A stretch of 63,009 bases of DNA from Vicinamibacteria bacterium (lineage in GTDB: Bacteria; Acidobacteriota; Vicinamibacteria; Fen-336), in NCBI GenBank assembly GCA_035286745.1, contig DATECU010000322.1, positions 1 to 63,009 on the forward strand, written 5' to 3'. Below the pieces are notes generated by a model, which did no database searches, was not told where the DNA came from, and saw nothing but the letters and a program-made list of their open reading frames with translations. Positions within the stretch are counted from its first letter, which is position 1. The number at the start of each line of letters is the position of its first letter. Below, piece after piece: positions 11,324 to 19,857 of the stretch. Position numbers and translations under genes: made by a program.

Positions 11324-11701
11324 TCACTCCCGCCCAACCGGCAGCGAGCGCACGCGATGTCGCCCATCCTCGACGATGACAACGGCGCCACCGAGGATTG
11401 CGTGAGAGCTGTCTTCCAGCACGCGGTCTAGCCTCGCGATCACCTGGCTTGATCGCGCGTCCCTCAGCCGGAACAGGATCACCGACGTCCGGGCTCCTTC
11501 GGACAGGGCGACGATCTCACCGAAATCGAGATCGAACGTGAGCACGACGCGGCCTTCGACACCGGCCTTCTCGAAGATGTCGCCATCGGGCAGCCGCTGA
11601 AGCCCCTGGTCGCGGAGGTGAACGATGTCGTGGCCGCGCTGGCGCAGCCAGTCCACGACGCGCATGGATACACCCATGTCGGCCAAGAAGCGCATGGTCA
11701 A
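11324..11701 (-). CDS. DUF5615-family PIN-like protein (putative toxin)
   Basis: 125 aa. MRFLADMGVS...VVDWLRQRGHDIVHLRD...D..I pattern typical of DUF5615/Mut7-C-like PIN-fold proteins. 4-nt overlap with the upstream DUF433 gene. Confidence 0.65.
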   Translation of the reverse strand: MTMRFLADMGVSMRVVDWLRQRGHDIVHLRDQGLQRLPDGDIFEKAGVEGRVVLTFDLDFGEIVALSEGARTSVILFRLRDARSSQVIARLDRVLEDSSHAILGGAVVIVEDGRHRVRSLPVGRE

Positions 11702-11919
11702 GCCGAGGCGGGGTGGATCTCCTCGCTCGCCAGCCAGGCGGCATACTCCATCGCCTGCCGCAGGTCGTCAGGCTCGAGGTCAGGGTAATCGCGGAGAATC
11801 TCCTCTCGAGACGCGCCATGCGCAAGCTGCCTGACCACCAGCGAAACGGGAATCCGCATCCCCCGGAGGCAAGCTCGACCCCCCAGGATCTTCGGATCGA
11901 ACGTGATGCGGTCGAACAT
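11698..11919 (-). CDS. DUF433-domain protein (putative antitoxin)
   Basis: 73 aa. ITFDPKILGGRACLRGMRIPVSLVV...G.S.EEIL.DYPDLE.DD pattern typical of DUF433. Usual partner of DUF5615. Confidence 0.7.
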   Translation of the reverse strand: MFDRITFDPKILGGRACLRGMRIPVSLVVRQLAHGASREEILRDYPDLEPDDLRQAMEYAAWLASEEIHPASA

Positions 11920-11996
11920 GCGATCTCCCCCCTCTCTCGGTCATTCTCTCCCGCGGCGGCCCCCCTTGTCTGCCGGGCTGGCCCGGGAGGCGTCGC

Positions 11997-13700
11997 CTAC
12001 TCGCTCGCCCCGCCGTACTCTCGTTCCAGCGCCTTCTTGCGTTCGCGGCGGCGCTTGCCCTCGGCCACCGGGTCCCGGGTCGCGAAGTTGGCGAGCAAGA
12101 CCACCTGGCCCGGCTGGGGACCGGCCAAGAGGCCGCGCAAGCTGAGAGCGGTGGCCGGCAGCAGCGGGTAGCGGGCCACCTCGCGTACGCCGGGGGCGGT
12201 CGAGATGGAGAGGGTCTCCTGGGGCGTCAGCAGGAAGAGATAGGGCCAGGTCGAAGACGCCGGCGCCCACAAGTCGCAGCGCTCTTCCGCGGCCAGGCGC
12301 ACCTGGAACAAGACGTCGCGCTGAACCCGAGCCAGATCCTGGCACAACACCAGCCGGAGGTCGGGCCGGTAGAACCGCTCCCGCGCCACGTCAGCCACCA
12401 CAGTATCGTTAGGCTGCGAGTGCCGGAACCCGGGCGACACCAGGGCGGTCAGAGCTAGAAAGGCGGCGGCGGCGGAGAGGCCGAGGGTGGCGGTCACCCG
12501 CACCGGTCCGGTGCGTCTAATGGCGGTGCAGCAGGCGAGACCGGCCGCAGTGGCCAAGAGCCAGAGGGCAAGCTGGGTCGGGATTGCCGGCCCCCAAGGC
12601 TCGGGGAGCCGGGCAGCCAGCAGGGGAATGGCCAGCGCGCCCAGTGCCACCAGGATCAGCACCACCCGGCTCCAGCCTCTCTCCAGCGCACCCCAGGTCC
12701 GGGCGGCCAACGCCCGGCCGATGAGCAGCGAGATCGCGGGGTAGAAGGGCAGCAGGTAGTAGTCGATCTTGCCCCGGGACAGGCTGAGCGGGACCGCCAT
12801 CAGCGAGAGCCAGAGGAGCAGGAACCCTCCGGCCCCCGCCCGATCCCGTGGCGCGCGCCAGACGCGCCAGACGGCCAGCGGGAAGAAGAGCGACCAGGGC
12901 AGGCCCTCCGCCAGGTAGGCGGCAAGGTAGAACCACGGTGGCTGACCGGCATCGTAGGTGTCAGCGGCGAAACGCTGCAGGTTCTCGCGCAGGAAGAAGT
13001 ACTCGAGCGGGCCCGGGCCGAGCCGCCGGAATACCAGGGCAAACCAGCCGAGACCGAGAACCACGAACAGCGCGACCGCCAGGCTGAGCACGGAGAGCGA
13101 GATGGGCCAGCGCTCCTTTCGCCGCTGCCAGCCCAGTGCCAAGGCGCCCAGGCCCGGCAACAGCACGGCCACCGGCCCCTTGGTGAGGAAGCCGAGGCCC
13201 AGGACCGCGCCCAACGCAGGCAACGCCCAGGACGCGGGAGGCCGATCCAGCGCCCGCACCGCCAGCGCCACCGCCAGCGTGGTCCAGAGCGCGAGCAGCA
13301 TGTCGGACATGGCGATGCGGCCGAAGCCCATGAAGGCCAGGGTGCTGGTGAGCAGCCCAGCCCCCCAGAGAGCCGTTCGGCGATCGAAGAGCAGGCGGCC
13401 CAGCCAGAGGGTGGCGGCCAGTACGCATAACGTCGCTAAGACGGGCACCAGACGGGCCGCACCGGGGGTGAAGCCCAGGAGGCGGAAGGCCGCCGCCATC
13501 AGCCAGTAGGCGAGCGGGGGCTTGTCGAAGAAGGGCTGGCCGCGATAGTGGGGCACCAGGTAGTCGCCGCCCTCGACCATGGAGCGGGCTCCGTCCAGGA
13601 AGTAGATCTCGGCCCGCTCCAGAGGCGCCACCCCGAGAGCCGGAAGAAGCAAGAGCGCACAACCGGCGAAGAGCAGCAGCAGGCGGACGGGAAAGCTCAA
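11997..13700 (-). CDS. GT-C fold membrane glycosyltransferase (family 39 / ArnT-PMT-like)
   Basis: 567 aa, more than 10 predicted TM helices, with an N-terminal loop YFLDGARSM...GQPFFDKPPLAYWLMA typical of ArnT/PMT_2 enzymes. Confidence 0.75.
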   Translation of the reverse strand: MSFPVRLLLLFAGCALLLLPALGVAPLERAEIYFLDGARSMVEGGDYLVPHYRGQPFFDKPPLAYWLMAAAFRLLGFTPGAARLVPVLATLCVLAATLWLGRLLFDRRTALWGAGLLTSTLAFMGFGRIAMSDMLLALWTTLAVALAVRALDRPPASWALPALGAVLGLGFLTKGPVAVLLPGLGALALGWQRRKERWPISLSVLSLAVALFVVLGLGWFALVFRRLGPGPLEYFFLRENLQRFAADTYDAGQPPWFYLAAYLAEGLPWSLFFPLAVWRVWRAPRDRAGAGGFLLLWLSLMAVPLSLSRGKIDYYLLPFYPAISLLIGRALAARTWGALERGWSRVVLILVALGALAIPLLAARLPEPWGPAIPTQLALWLLATAAGLACCTAIRRTGPVRVTATLGLSAAAAFLALTALVSPGFRHSQPNDTVVADVARERFYRPDLRLVLCQDLARVQRDVLFQVRLAAEERCDLWAPASSTWPYLFLLTPQETLSISTAPGVREVARYPLLPATALSLRGLLAGPQPGQVVLLANFATRDPVAEGKRRRERKKALEREYGGASE

Positions 13701-13716
13701 GGTCGGTGGTGGCGTG

Positions 13717-14781
13717 TTAGGCGAGCGCCGGTTGTGGGGCCAGGGCAGGCCGTCTCAGCTGGAGCTGGCCACAGGCGGCCAGGATGTCGCGGCCACGAGG
13801 CCTGCGCACGGACACCGTCAACTGGGCCGCCGCCAGGATGCGACAGAACTCGTCGATGGCCTCGGCGGTGGGGGGCTCGAAGGGGATCTCGGGGGCGGGG
13901 TTCAGCGGAATCAGGTTGATCTTGCACCGGGTATCCCGGAGCAGCCGCACCAGCTCCCGAGCCTGAGCCGGACCGTCGTTGACCCCTCGCAGCAGGACGT
14001 ACTCGAAGGTCACCATCCCGCCCCGGGGAATGGGATACCGCCGGGCGGCGGCGATTACCTCCGGCAGCGGGTACTTGGCCTCGATGGGCATCAGGCGCTC
14101 CCGCAGCGCATCGTTAGACGCGTGCAGACTAATGGCCAGGTTGGGGCGGACCGGTTCCGTCATCAGCTTCTCCAGGGCGGGCAGGATGCCTACCGTGGAC
14201 AGGGTGAGCTTCTTGGGAGCCACCGCGAAGCCCTCCGGGTCCATCAGGATCCGGAGCGCGGCCACCGTGGCCTGGTAGTTGAGGAGCGGCTCGCCCATGC
14301 CCATCACCACCAGGTTCCACCCGCGCCGGCTTGGCGGGGCCTCGTCCATGACCGTGGCCACCTGGCCCAGGATCTCCCAGGTCTTCAGGTTGCGCCGGTA
14401 GCCGCCGATGCCGGTCAGGCAGAAGGCGCACTGGAGTGGGCAGCCGGCCTGGGTGGAGATGCAGAGGGTGCGGCGCTCTTCTTCGGGGATAAAGACGGCC
14501 TCGATGCTAGCACCGTCGTCGAGGCGAAACAGGTACTTGATGGTGCCATCCGACGAATGGGCGCGCTCGGCCACCTGGGGCCAGCGCAGATCGAAACCCG
14601 CAGCCAGCGCTTGGCGCATGGGTTTGGCCAGGTCGGTCATGGCCTCGAAGCTCCCAGCCCGCCGGCGATAGAGCCACGAGTACACCTGCCGGGCGCGGTA
14701 CGCTGGCTCCGCCAGCGAGGCCACGGCGGCCCCGATCTCGGCCCCGTCCAGTCCGAACAGGTTGGGACGCGCCTGCTTCAT
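13717..14781 (-). CDS. rlmN: 23S rRNA/tRNA (adenine-C2)-methyltransferase RlmN
   Basis: 354 aa starting MKQARPNLFG. Radical-SAM cluster motif GCPLQCAFCLTG, MGMGEPLLNY, and the C-terminal catalytic Cys context DILAACGQL. ATG 14781 overlaps the upstream stop (ATGA). The 933-aa track ORF is a fusion artefact. Confidence 0.92.
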   Translation of the reverse strand: MKQARPNLFGLDGAEIGAAVASLAEPAYRARQVYSWLYRRRAGSFEAMTDLAKPMRQALAAGFDLRWPQVAERAHSSDGTIKYLFRLDDGASIEAVFIPEEERRTLCISTQAGCPLQCAFCLTGIGGYRRNLKTWEILGQVATVMDEAPPSRRGWNLVVMGMGEPLLNYQATVAALRILMDPEGFAVAPKKLTLSTVGILPALEKLMTEPVRPNLAISLHASNDALRERLMPIEAKYPLPEVIAAARRYPIPRGGMVTFEYVLLRGVNDGPAQARELVRLLRDTRCKINLIPLNPAPEIPFEPPTAEAIDEFCRILAAAQLTVSVRRPRGRDILAACGQLQLRRPALAPQPALA

Positions 14782-16436
14782 GCCTCGGGCATGATAGCAT
14801 CCGGCCCCTCGGGATCTCGGCCGGCTTCGGGAGGGTACAGGTAGAGGTAGTAGCTCTCGCCGATGATCGATGGAGCCTCGAAGGCTCGCAGGAACTGCCC
14901 TCCCAAGCTCGCCGTTTCTTCGGCCGACAGCCGGTAGCTGAGGACGAGCAAGACGCTCTTCTTCTCCCGGGCAGCGAGGTCGCGGACCCGCTGCGGCACG
15001 TCGGGGCGAGCCACGGCGCCGAAGCGGCGGTCCTGTTTGAGGTGCGCCCCGAACTCCTTGCGGTCCAGGTAGAAGATGCGGTCGAGTTGCAAGTAGCCGA
15101 CTACCGTGCTGGCCAGAGCGGACTGGTCCCCGGCGAACACCAGTCGACTGCGGTCGGGGTAGGAGGCACGGATCCAGTCGGCGGTGGCGCGTCCGTTGGA
15201 GAAGGGCTGGCGCCAATCCTGACGCACCGCAATCGAGGTACCCCAGACGTGGATGAGTCCCAGGCACAGCAGCGCCTTCATGCGATGGCGATCCCACCAG
15301 TCGGAGGCGACCTCGACCCATGGGCGACTGCTGCGCCAGGGCCGGTAGGAGCTGGAAAGCCAGAGTGTCACCACGAACAGCAGGAACAGGAACCCGTGGT
15401 TGCGCAAGGAGCCGAAGTACTTGACGTAGAAGAAGGCCGCCAGGGCCAGCGACCCCAGAAGATAGGGCACGGCCATCCAGGGGCGCTTGAGGAAGAACAG
15501 GCAGCCGAAGCCCAGGATGCAGGCCGCCAAGGGGACGGTTCTTTCCGGCGGCACCGCGAACCAGGGTCGTGGTGGGGGCGCCTGGCCTGCCGCCAGCAGG
15601 CGGTTGCCATTCCAGAAGGCAACCCGGTCCGCGGGCAAGGGAAGGTAGGCGCGGCAGAAGATGCTGGCGACCTTCTCGAACCGCTCCGCTTGCCACTCGT
15701 GGACCCAGTCGCGAGCGGTGCCCGAGTCGGCGGGTGGTGTGAGCTGGCGCACCGCGGTCGTCAGGCCGGAGACGATCACGAAAGAGCCCAAAGCCACCCG
15801 CCCGAGACAGCGGCGCGCCTCGGTTCGGCTCCTCGCGAAAGCCAGGGCGAACTCCGCGAGCAGCACGACGAAGAAGATAGACGCCAGGATCAGGGAGTGC
15901 ACGTTGGTGTGGCAGAGCAGGGCCAGCACCAGAGCCAGCGCCGGAAAGCGATTCCAGCGGCGTCCGTACAGAGCGCAGAACGCGAACAGGAGCAGGACAC
16001 TCGCCGCGTAGTTCCGGGAGACGACCGCCCACTCGTAGGCCAGGAAGTACCCCAGCGCCAGCACCACGCGAACCGCCCAGGAGAACGGCGCATAGCGGAG
16101 CAAGACGAAGACCGCAGCCCCGGAGATCGCCGCGTGGAGCGCCTGCATCCCCAACGGGTTCCAACTGAGGCGCGCCAGCGGCCACATCAGCAGGTACCAC
16201 AGGCTGGGGTGTCCCTCGTACTTGATGATCGAGAAGACCTGCCACGGCGTGGCGGCGTCGCGCGCCATGAGCCAGGCCATGACCTCGTCGCGCCACATCT
16301 CGTGGCGGGACATGACCGCACCGACGGCGGCGGTGAACGCCAGAGCCAGCACGCCGGGCAGGAAGGAGGGCGAGCGCCAGCATGCGGGCCAGCGCTGGCC
16401 GGCGCGGATAGGCGCTGGGCTGGCCGGGTCGGACAC
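14778..16436 (-). CDS. polytopic membrane protein, possible GT-C-like glycosyltransferase
   Basis: 552 aa, about 11-12 hydrophobic helices in the first 400 aa, an acidic first loop (MWRDEVMAW) and a soluble C-terminal domain. Translationally coupled to rlmN. The family was not recognised with certainty. Confidence 0.45.
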   Translation of the reverse strand: MSDPASPAPIRAGQRWPACWRSPSFLPGVLALAFTAAVGAVMSRHEMWRDEVMAWLMARDAATPWQVFSIIKYEGHPSLWYLLMWPLARLSWNPLGMQALHAAISGAAVFVLLRYAPFSWAVRVVLALGYFLAYEWAVVSRNYAASVLLLFAFCALYGRRWNRFPALALVLALLCHTNVHSLILASIFFVVLLAEFALAFARSRTEARRCLGRVALGSFVIVSGLTTAVRQLTPPADSGTARDWVHEWQAERFEKVASIFCRAYLPLPADRVAFWNGNRLLAAGQAPPPRPWFAVPPERTVPLAACILGFGCLFFLKRPWMAVPYLLGSLALAAFFYVKYFGSLRNHGFLFLLFVVTLWLSSSYRPWRSSRPWVEVASDWWDRHRMKALLCLGLIHVWGTSIAVRQDWRQPFSNGRATADWIRASYPDRSRLVFAGDQSALASTVVGYLQLDRIFYLDRKEFGAHLKQDRRFGAVARPDVPQRVRDLAAREKKSVLLVLSYRLSAEETASLGGQFLRAFEAPSIIGESYYLYLYPPEAGRDPEGPDAIMPEA

Positions 16437-16582
16437 GCGCCTTACGGGCCCGGGAAGCGGCGGGGCGCCACCACCAACCAGGCCGGAGCCCCCCCGATCT
16501 GGGTCCGGCCGAGCCCAAACGCGTTGGAGCGAGCCCCTTCCATGTGTGCGGGCATCATAGCATTCGGCTCCGGAACGCCCGG

Positions 16583-16588
16583 TATAAT
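16583..16588 (+). promoter_or_regulatory. perfect TATAAT -10 box 6 nt upstream of the dut ATG (possible leaderless transcript)
   Basis: The sequence ggTATAATgccctgATG has no Shine-Dalgarno between the box and the ATG at 16595. The -35 is weak. Confidence 0.35.
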
Positions 16589-16594
16589 GCCCTG

Positions 16595-17020
16595 ATGCTG
16601 AAGCTGGAGGTGAAGGTCGAGGGAGAGGGCCTGCTCCCCGAGTACGCCACCGCGGGGGCGGCGGGAGCGGACTTGCGGGCCAGCGAGGCGGTGCTGCTGG
16701 CCCCCGGCGAGCGGGCTGCGGTACCGACCGGGCTCAGGATCGAGATCCCGGCCGGCCACGTGGGCCTGGTGTGGCCGCGGAGCGGCCTGGCGGTGCGGCA
16801 CGGCATCGATACCCTGGCGGGTGTGATCGACGCCGACTACCGCGGCGAGGTGAGGGTGGTGCTGGTGAACCACGGCCGCGAGCCCTTCGGCATCGTGGCC
16901 GGAGACCGGATCGCCCAACTGCTGGTGCAACGCGTGGAACGCCCGGACTTCCTGCGGACCCTGGGGCTGGGCGAAACCCACCGCGGCGAAGCGGGATTCG
17001 GGTCCACCGGGGTGGCATGA
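16595..17020 (+). CDS. dut: dUTP diphosphatase
   Basis: 141 aa. AGADL, GLVWPRSGLA, GVIDADYRGEV and a C-terminal GFGSTG motif. ATG 16595 chosen (MLKLEVKVEG). Confidence 0.92.
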   Translation: MLKLEVKVEGEGLLPEYATAGAAGADLRASEAVLLAPGERAAVPTGLRIEIPAGHVGLVWPRSGLAVRHGIDTLAGVIDADYRGEVRVVLVNHGREPFGIVAGDRIAQLLVQRVERPDFLRTLGLGETHRGEAGFGSTGVA

Positions 17021-17913
17021 GGTTCTGGCGCCTGGCCCTCCTGGCTGCGACCGTCGCCGGGTGTCGTTCGGCGGGGCCTATCACGGTCAACCTGGCCCCC
17101 GCTCGCGAAGCCCTCGAGGCGGCGCGCCAATCCGGGGCGCCTGAGAAAGCCCCCGACACCTTCAGTCGCGCGGAAAGCCAGCTCAAGGAGGCGGAACGTT
17201 TGACCGAAGCCCGGGCGCCGCATGCGGCGACCGAGGGCGTGCGCGCCGAGGGTACGGCGCGGTTGGCGCAGGCCGAGGCCCGCTGCGCCGGGGTCCGAGC
17301 CGAGGAACAACGGACTCAGGCCGAGAAGGGCACCCAGGAACAAGAACGCCTCGGCTCGCGGTTGCGGCGGGCCGAGGAGGACCACCGCCGGCTGGAGGAG
17401 CAGGTGACGCTCTTGAAGCGGGACCTGGAGGACACCGAAACCGAGGTGATCCGCACCAAGGCCCGTCTCAAGGGCATGGAGACCAAAGCCGAGGCGTCTT
17501 CCGCCATCGCCGAGGCCCGCATCCTGACCCGACGCCTCGATCCCAAGACCCGGGGGACGACCCTGACCCGTTGCCAGGAGCTTCTGACCAAGGCCGAGCA
17601 ACAGATGCAGAGCGACAACTTTGGAGCCGCCGTGTTCTTCGCTCTCAAGGCTCAGGACATGGCCGTGAAGGCCCGGGAAGCCCCACCGCCCCCGGGACGT
17701 GCTGAGGCTGCCGAGGAACGCCCGGCGGCCAAGGCCAACTACGTCGTGAAGGCCGGAAGCGTCAACCTGCGCCAAGGGCCGAGCACCGCAGAGGCGGTTG
17801 TCGCCAAGGTCGCCAAGGGCACCGTCCTGGGTGCCAGCGTTATGCGTGGGGAGTGGCTCAAGGTGAGCCACGGCGGCACCACCGGCTGGGTTCACCTGAG
17901 CCTGGTTGAGTGA
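17017..17913 (+). CDS. coiled-coil lipoprotein with C-terminal SH3b domain
   Basis: Starts MRFWRLALLAATVAGC (lipobox). Long E/R/A-rich helical region. The C-terminal stretch YVVKAGSVNLRQGPSTAEAVVAKVAKGTVL...GEWLKV...GWV is SH3_3-like. ATGA overlap with dut. Confidence 0.65.
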   Translation: MRFWRLALLAATVAGCRSAGPITVNLAPAREALEAARQSGAPEKAPDTFSRAESQLKEAERLTEARAPHAATEGVRAEGTARLAQAEARCAGVRAEEQRTQAEKGTQEQERLGSRLRRAEEDHRRLEEQVTLLKRDLEDTETEVIRTKARLKGMETKAEASSAIAEARILTRRLDPKTRGTTLTRCQELLTKAEQQMQSDNFGAAVFFALKAQDMAVKAREAPPPPGRAEAAEERPAAKANYVVKAGSVNLRQGPSTAEAVVAKVAKGTVLGASVMRGEWLKVSHGGTTGWVHLSLVE

Positions 17914-17928
17914 CCGCGGCGAACGGCT

Positions 17929-18027
17929 GCGATCAGCTATCAGCGGTCGGCTACGGCAGCGCCCGAGCCGGGAGAGCGGTCCGTGCTGGCGTTGTTGCCG
18001 TAGCTGAAAGCTGAGTGCTGATTGCTG
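17929..18027. repeat. family B (AGCTGA/GCTGATCGC-type) inverted repeat between convergent genes
   Basis: The left arm gcgatcagctatcagcggtcggctacggcag and the right arm ttgccgtagctgaaagctgagtgctgattgct are imperfect reverse complements. Related copies lie at 33533-33564 and 44827-44900. Confidence 0.7.
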
Positions 18028-18061
18028 CCACTGGGGGAGCCTCAAAGAACCCTGGGTGCCC

Positions 18062-19777
18062 TCACTCGCCAGCCCTGGTATCTTCGATCGCGGCGTCGCC
18101 GGCGGCAATCACCCGATCCCGGCCGCGGGCCTTGGCGGCGTAAAGGGCGGCGTCGGCCATGTCGATGAGGCCCCGGGCCACCCGACCGTCCTCCGGGAAG
18201 GTGGCGACCCCAATGGAGACCGTGGTGCGCCAGCCGAAGCGGCCTGGCCGCGCCAAACTCGCCACCGCCTGACGCACCTTCTCCGCCACCTTGAGCGCCT
18301 GGGCCTTGGGGCAGGAGGTGAGGAGCATGGCGAACTCCTCTCCCCCGTAGCGATAGGCGGAGTCGGTGCTGCGGACCGAGGCCAGGAGCTGGCCGGCCAC
18401 CCGCTTCAGTTCGTTGTCGCCCTCGGAGTGGCCCCACTTGTCGTTGAACTGCTTGAAGTGGTCGAGGTCCAGAAGCAGCAGGCTGAGCGACCAGCCTTCG
18501 CGCTCACCCCGCTGCATCTCCCGGTCCAGGGTGTCCTGGAAATGCCGGCGGTTGAAGAGGCCGGTGAGACCGTCGGTGATGGCCAGCTCCTCCAGGCGGC
18601 GGTTGGCCGACTTGAGCTCCTCGTTGCTCTTGGCTAGCTCGTCCCGCGCCTCTTCCAGCCGCACGCGGCCCTCCTGGATCCGCTCCGCCATCTCGTTGAA
18701 GGCCCGGGTCAGATCGGCGACTTCGTCGTGGCCGCGCACCGGCAGCCGGACCTCCAGCTCCCCAGCACTAACTCGTTTGGCGCCCGCGGATAGGAGCAGG
18801 ATGGGCCGCAGCATCTGCCGAGCGGCCAGGAAGGTCAGGGCGAAGACCACCACCACCATGGGGATGCCGAGCCGCAGCAGGCGGGTCCGGGAGTCGACCA
18901 GAGGCCGGTAGGCGGCGGCGGCGGGGACCAGGGCGGCCAGGTGCTCTCCCTCCAGGCGCCCCAGGCGGCGGACGCCGTAGACGGTAGGGCCCAAGCCGAC
19001 CAGGTTGCCCTCGGTGGCGGGTCCCAGCTCGGTGTTTTCGGGAGGCAGGGAGCCCGGGAACCTCTCGACGCCCGGCTGCTCCACCACCCGGCCTGCCTTC
19101 ACCAGCAGCCGCCCCTTCTCGTCGAGCAGCCAGAAACTGGGCGCCAGCTCTCCCGGCGGCGTGCTCAGGAGCGATTCCAACTCGCGAAGATCGACGCGCA
19201 GGACGAGGTAACCAAGCGTCGTGTCAAGCCGGCTTTGGATGGGGCTCAGGATCAGCAGGGTCGGGCGACCCAGGTACTCGGAGTGAAAGAGCGGACTTAG
19301 CCGGGGGTCGCGAAGGGGTGGACCGCTGGTGATCGCCGCTCGGCCCCAGGCTTCGAGCCGCTCGTCGCGCGTCCCCGAAACCACCTCACCCGTTAGATCG
19401 ACGATGAAGAGCGACTCATAGACCTGGTAGTGGCCGAGCACCGACTCCAGGTAGTCCCGCAGGTCCAGGCGGATGCGATCCACCTCGGCGCCCTTGCGGG
19501 TCAGCGACTCGACGCCCTCGAAGACGATGAACGATGCGGCCCAGCGCGAGGCTTCGCGGTGCCGTTCCAGGACCCACTCGTCGACCTCGGTGGTCCTTCG
19601 AAACAGGTGGTTGGAGATGGTCTCCCGGACCTTCTCACCCAGGATCTCCTCGTTGCGCTGCAAGAGGTAGATCCCCATGCCCAACACGGGAGCCACCACG
19701 CAGAGCAGAACCACGACCAAGAGCTTGGTGCGCAAGCTCTCGCGAAGGGCAGCGTAACCTCGTCCCCGCTCGGGCAT
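18062..19777 (-). CDS. sensor-domain diguanylate cyclase (TM-periplasmic sensor-HAMP-GGDEF)
   Basis: 571 aa. N-terminal TM, about 270-aa extracytoplasmic domain, second TM, HAMP, coiled coil, then a GGDEF domain with active site YRYGGEEFAML. Confidence 0.88.
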   Translation of the reverse strand: MPERGRGYAALRESLRTKLLVVVLLCVVAPVLGMGIYLLQRNEEILGEKVRETISNHLFRRTTEVDEWVLERHREASRWAASFIVFEGVESLTRKGAEVDRIRLDLRDYLESVLGHYQVYESLFIVDLTGEVVSGTRDERLEAWGRAAITSGPPLRDPRLSPLFHSEYLGRPTLLILSPIQSRLDTTLGYLVLRVDLRELESLLSTPPGELAPSFWLLDEKGRLLVKAGRVVEQPGVERFPGSLPPENTELGPATEGNLVGLGPTVYGVRRLGRLEGEHLAALVPAAAAYRPLVDSRTRLLRLGIPMVVVVFALTFLAARQMLRPILLLSAGAKRVSAGELEVRLPVRGHDEVADLTRAFNEMAERIQEGRVRLEEARDELAKSNEELKSANRRLEELAITDGLTGLFNRRHFQDTLDREMQRGEREGWSLSLLLLDLDHFKQFNDKWGHSEGDNELKRVAGQLLASVRSTDSAYRYGGEEFAMLLTSCPKAQALKVAEKVRQAVASLARPGRFGWRTTVSIGVATFPEDGRVARGLIDMADAALYAAKARGRDRVIAAGDAAIEDTRAGE

Positions 19778-19857
19778 AACTTCGCCATGCGGGGGGGAGG
19801 GTTAACGACCCCCGTCGGCTCCATGTTAACCCGAGCGGCGTGGCGAGCGGGTTCGTC

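Noticed and set aside
13717-16518. 933-aa minus-strand ORF
   Set aside because: Only the last 354 codons (from ATG 14781) look like a real protein (RlmN). The upstream 580 codons are an Arg/Pro/Gly-rich alternate frame of the 552-aa membrane-protein gene and are an open-frame artefact of high GC.
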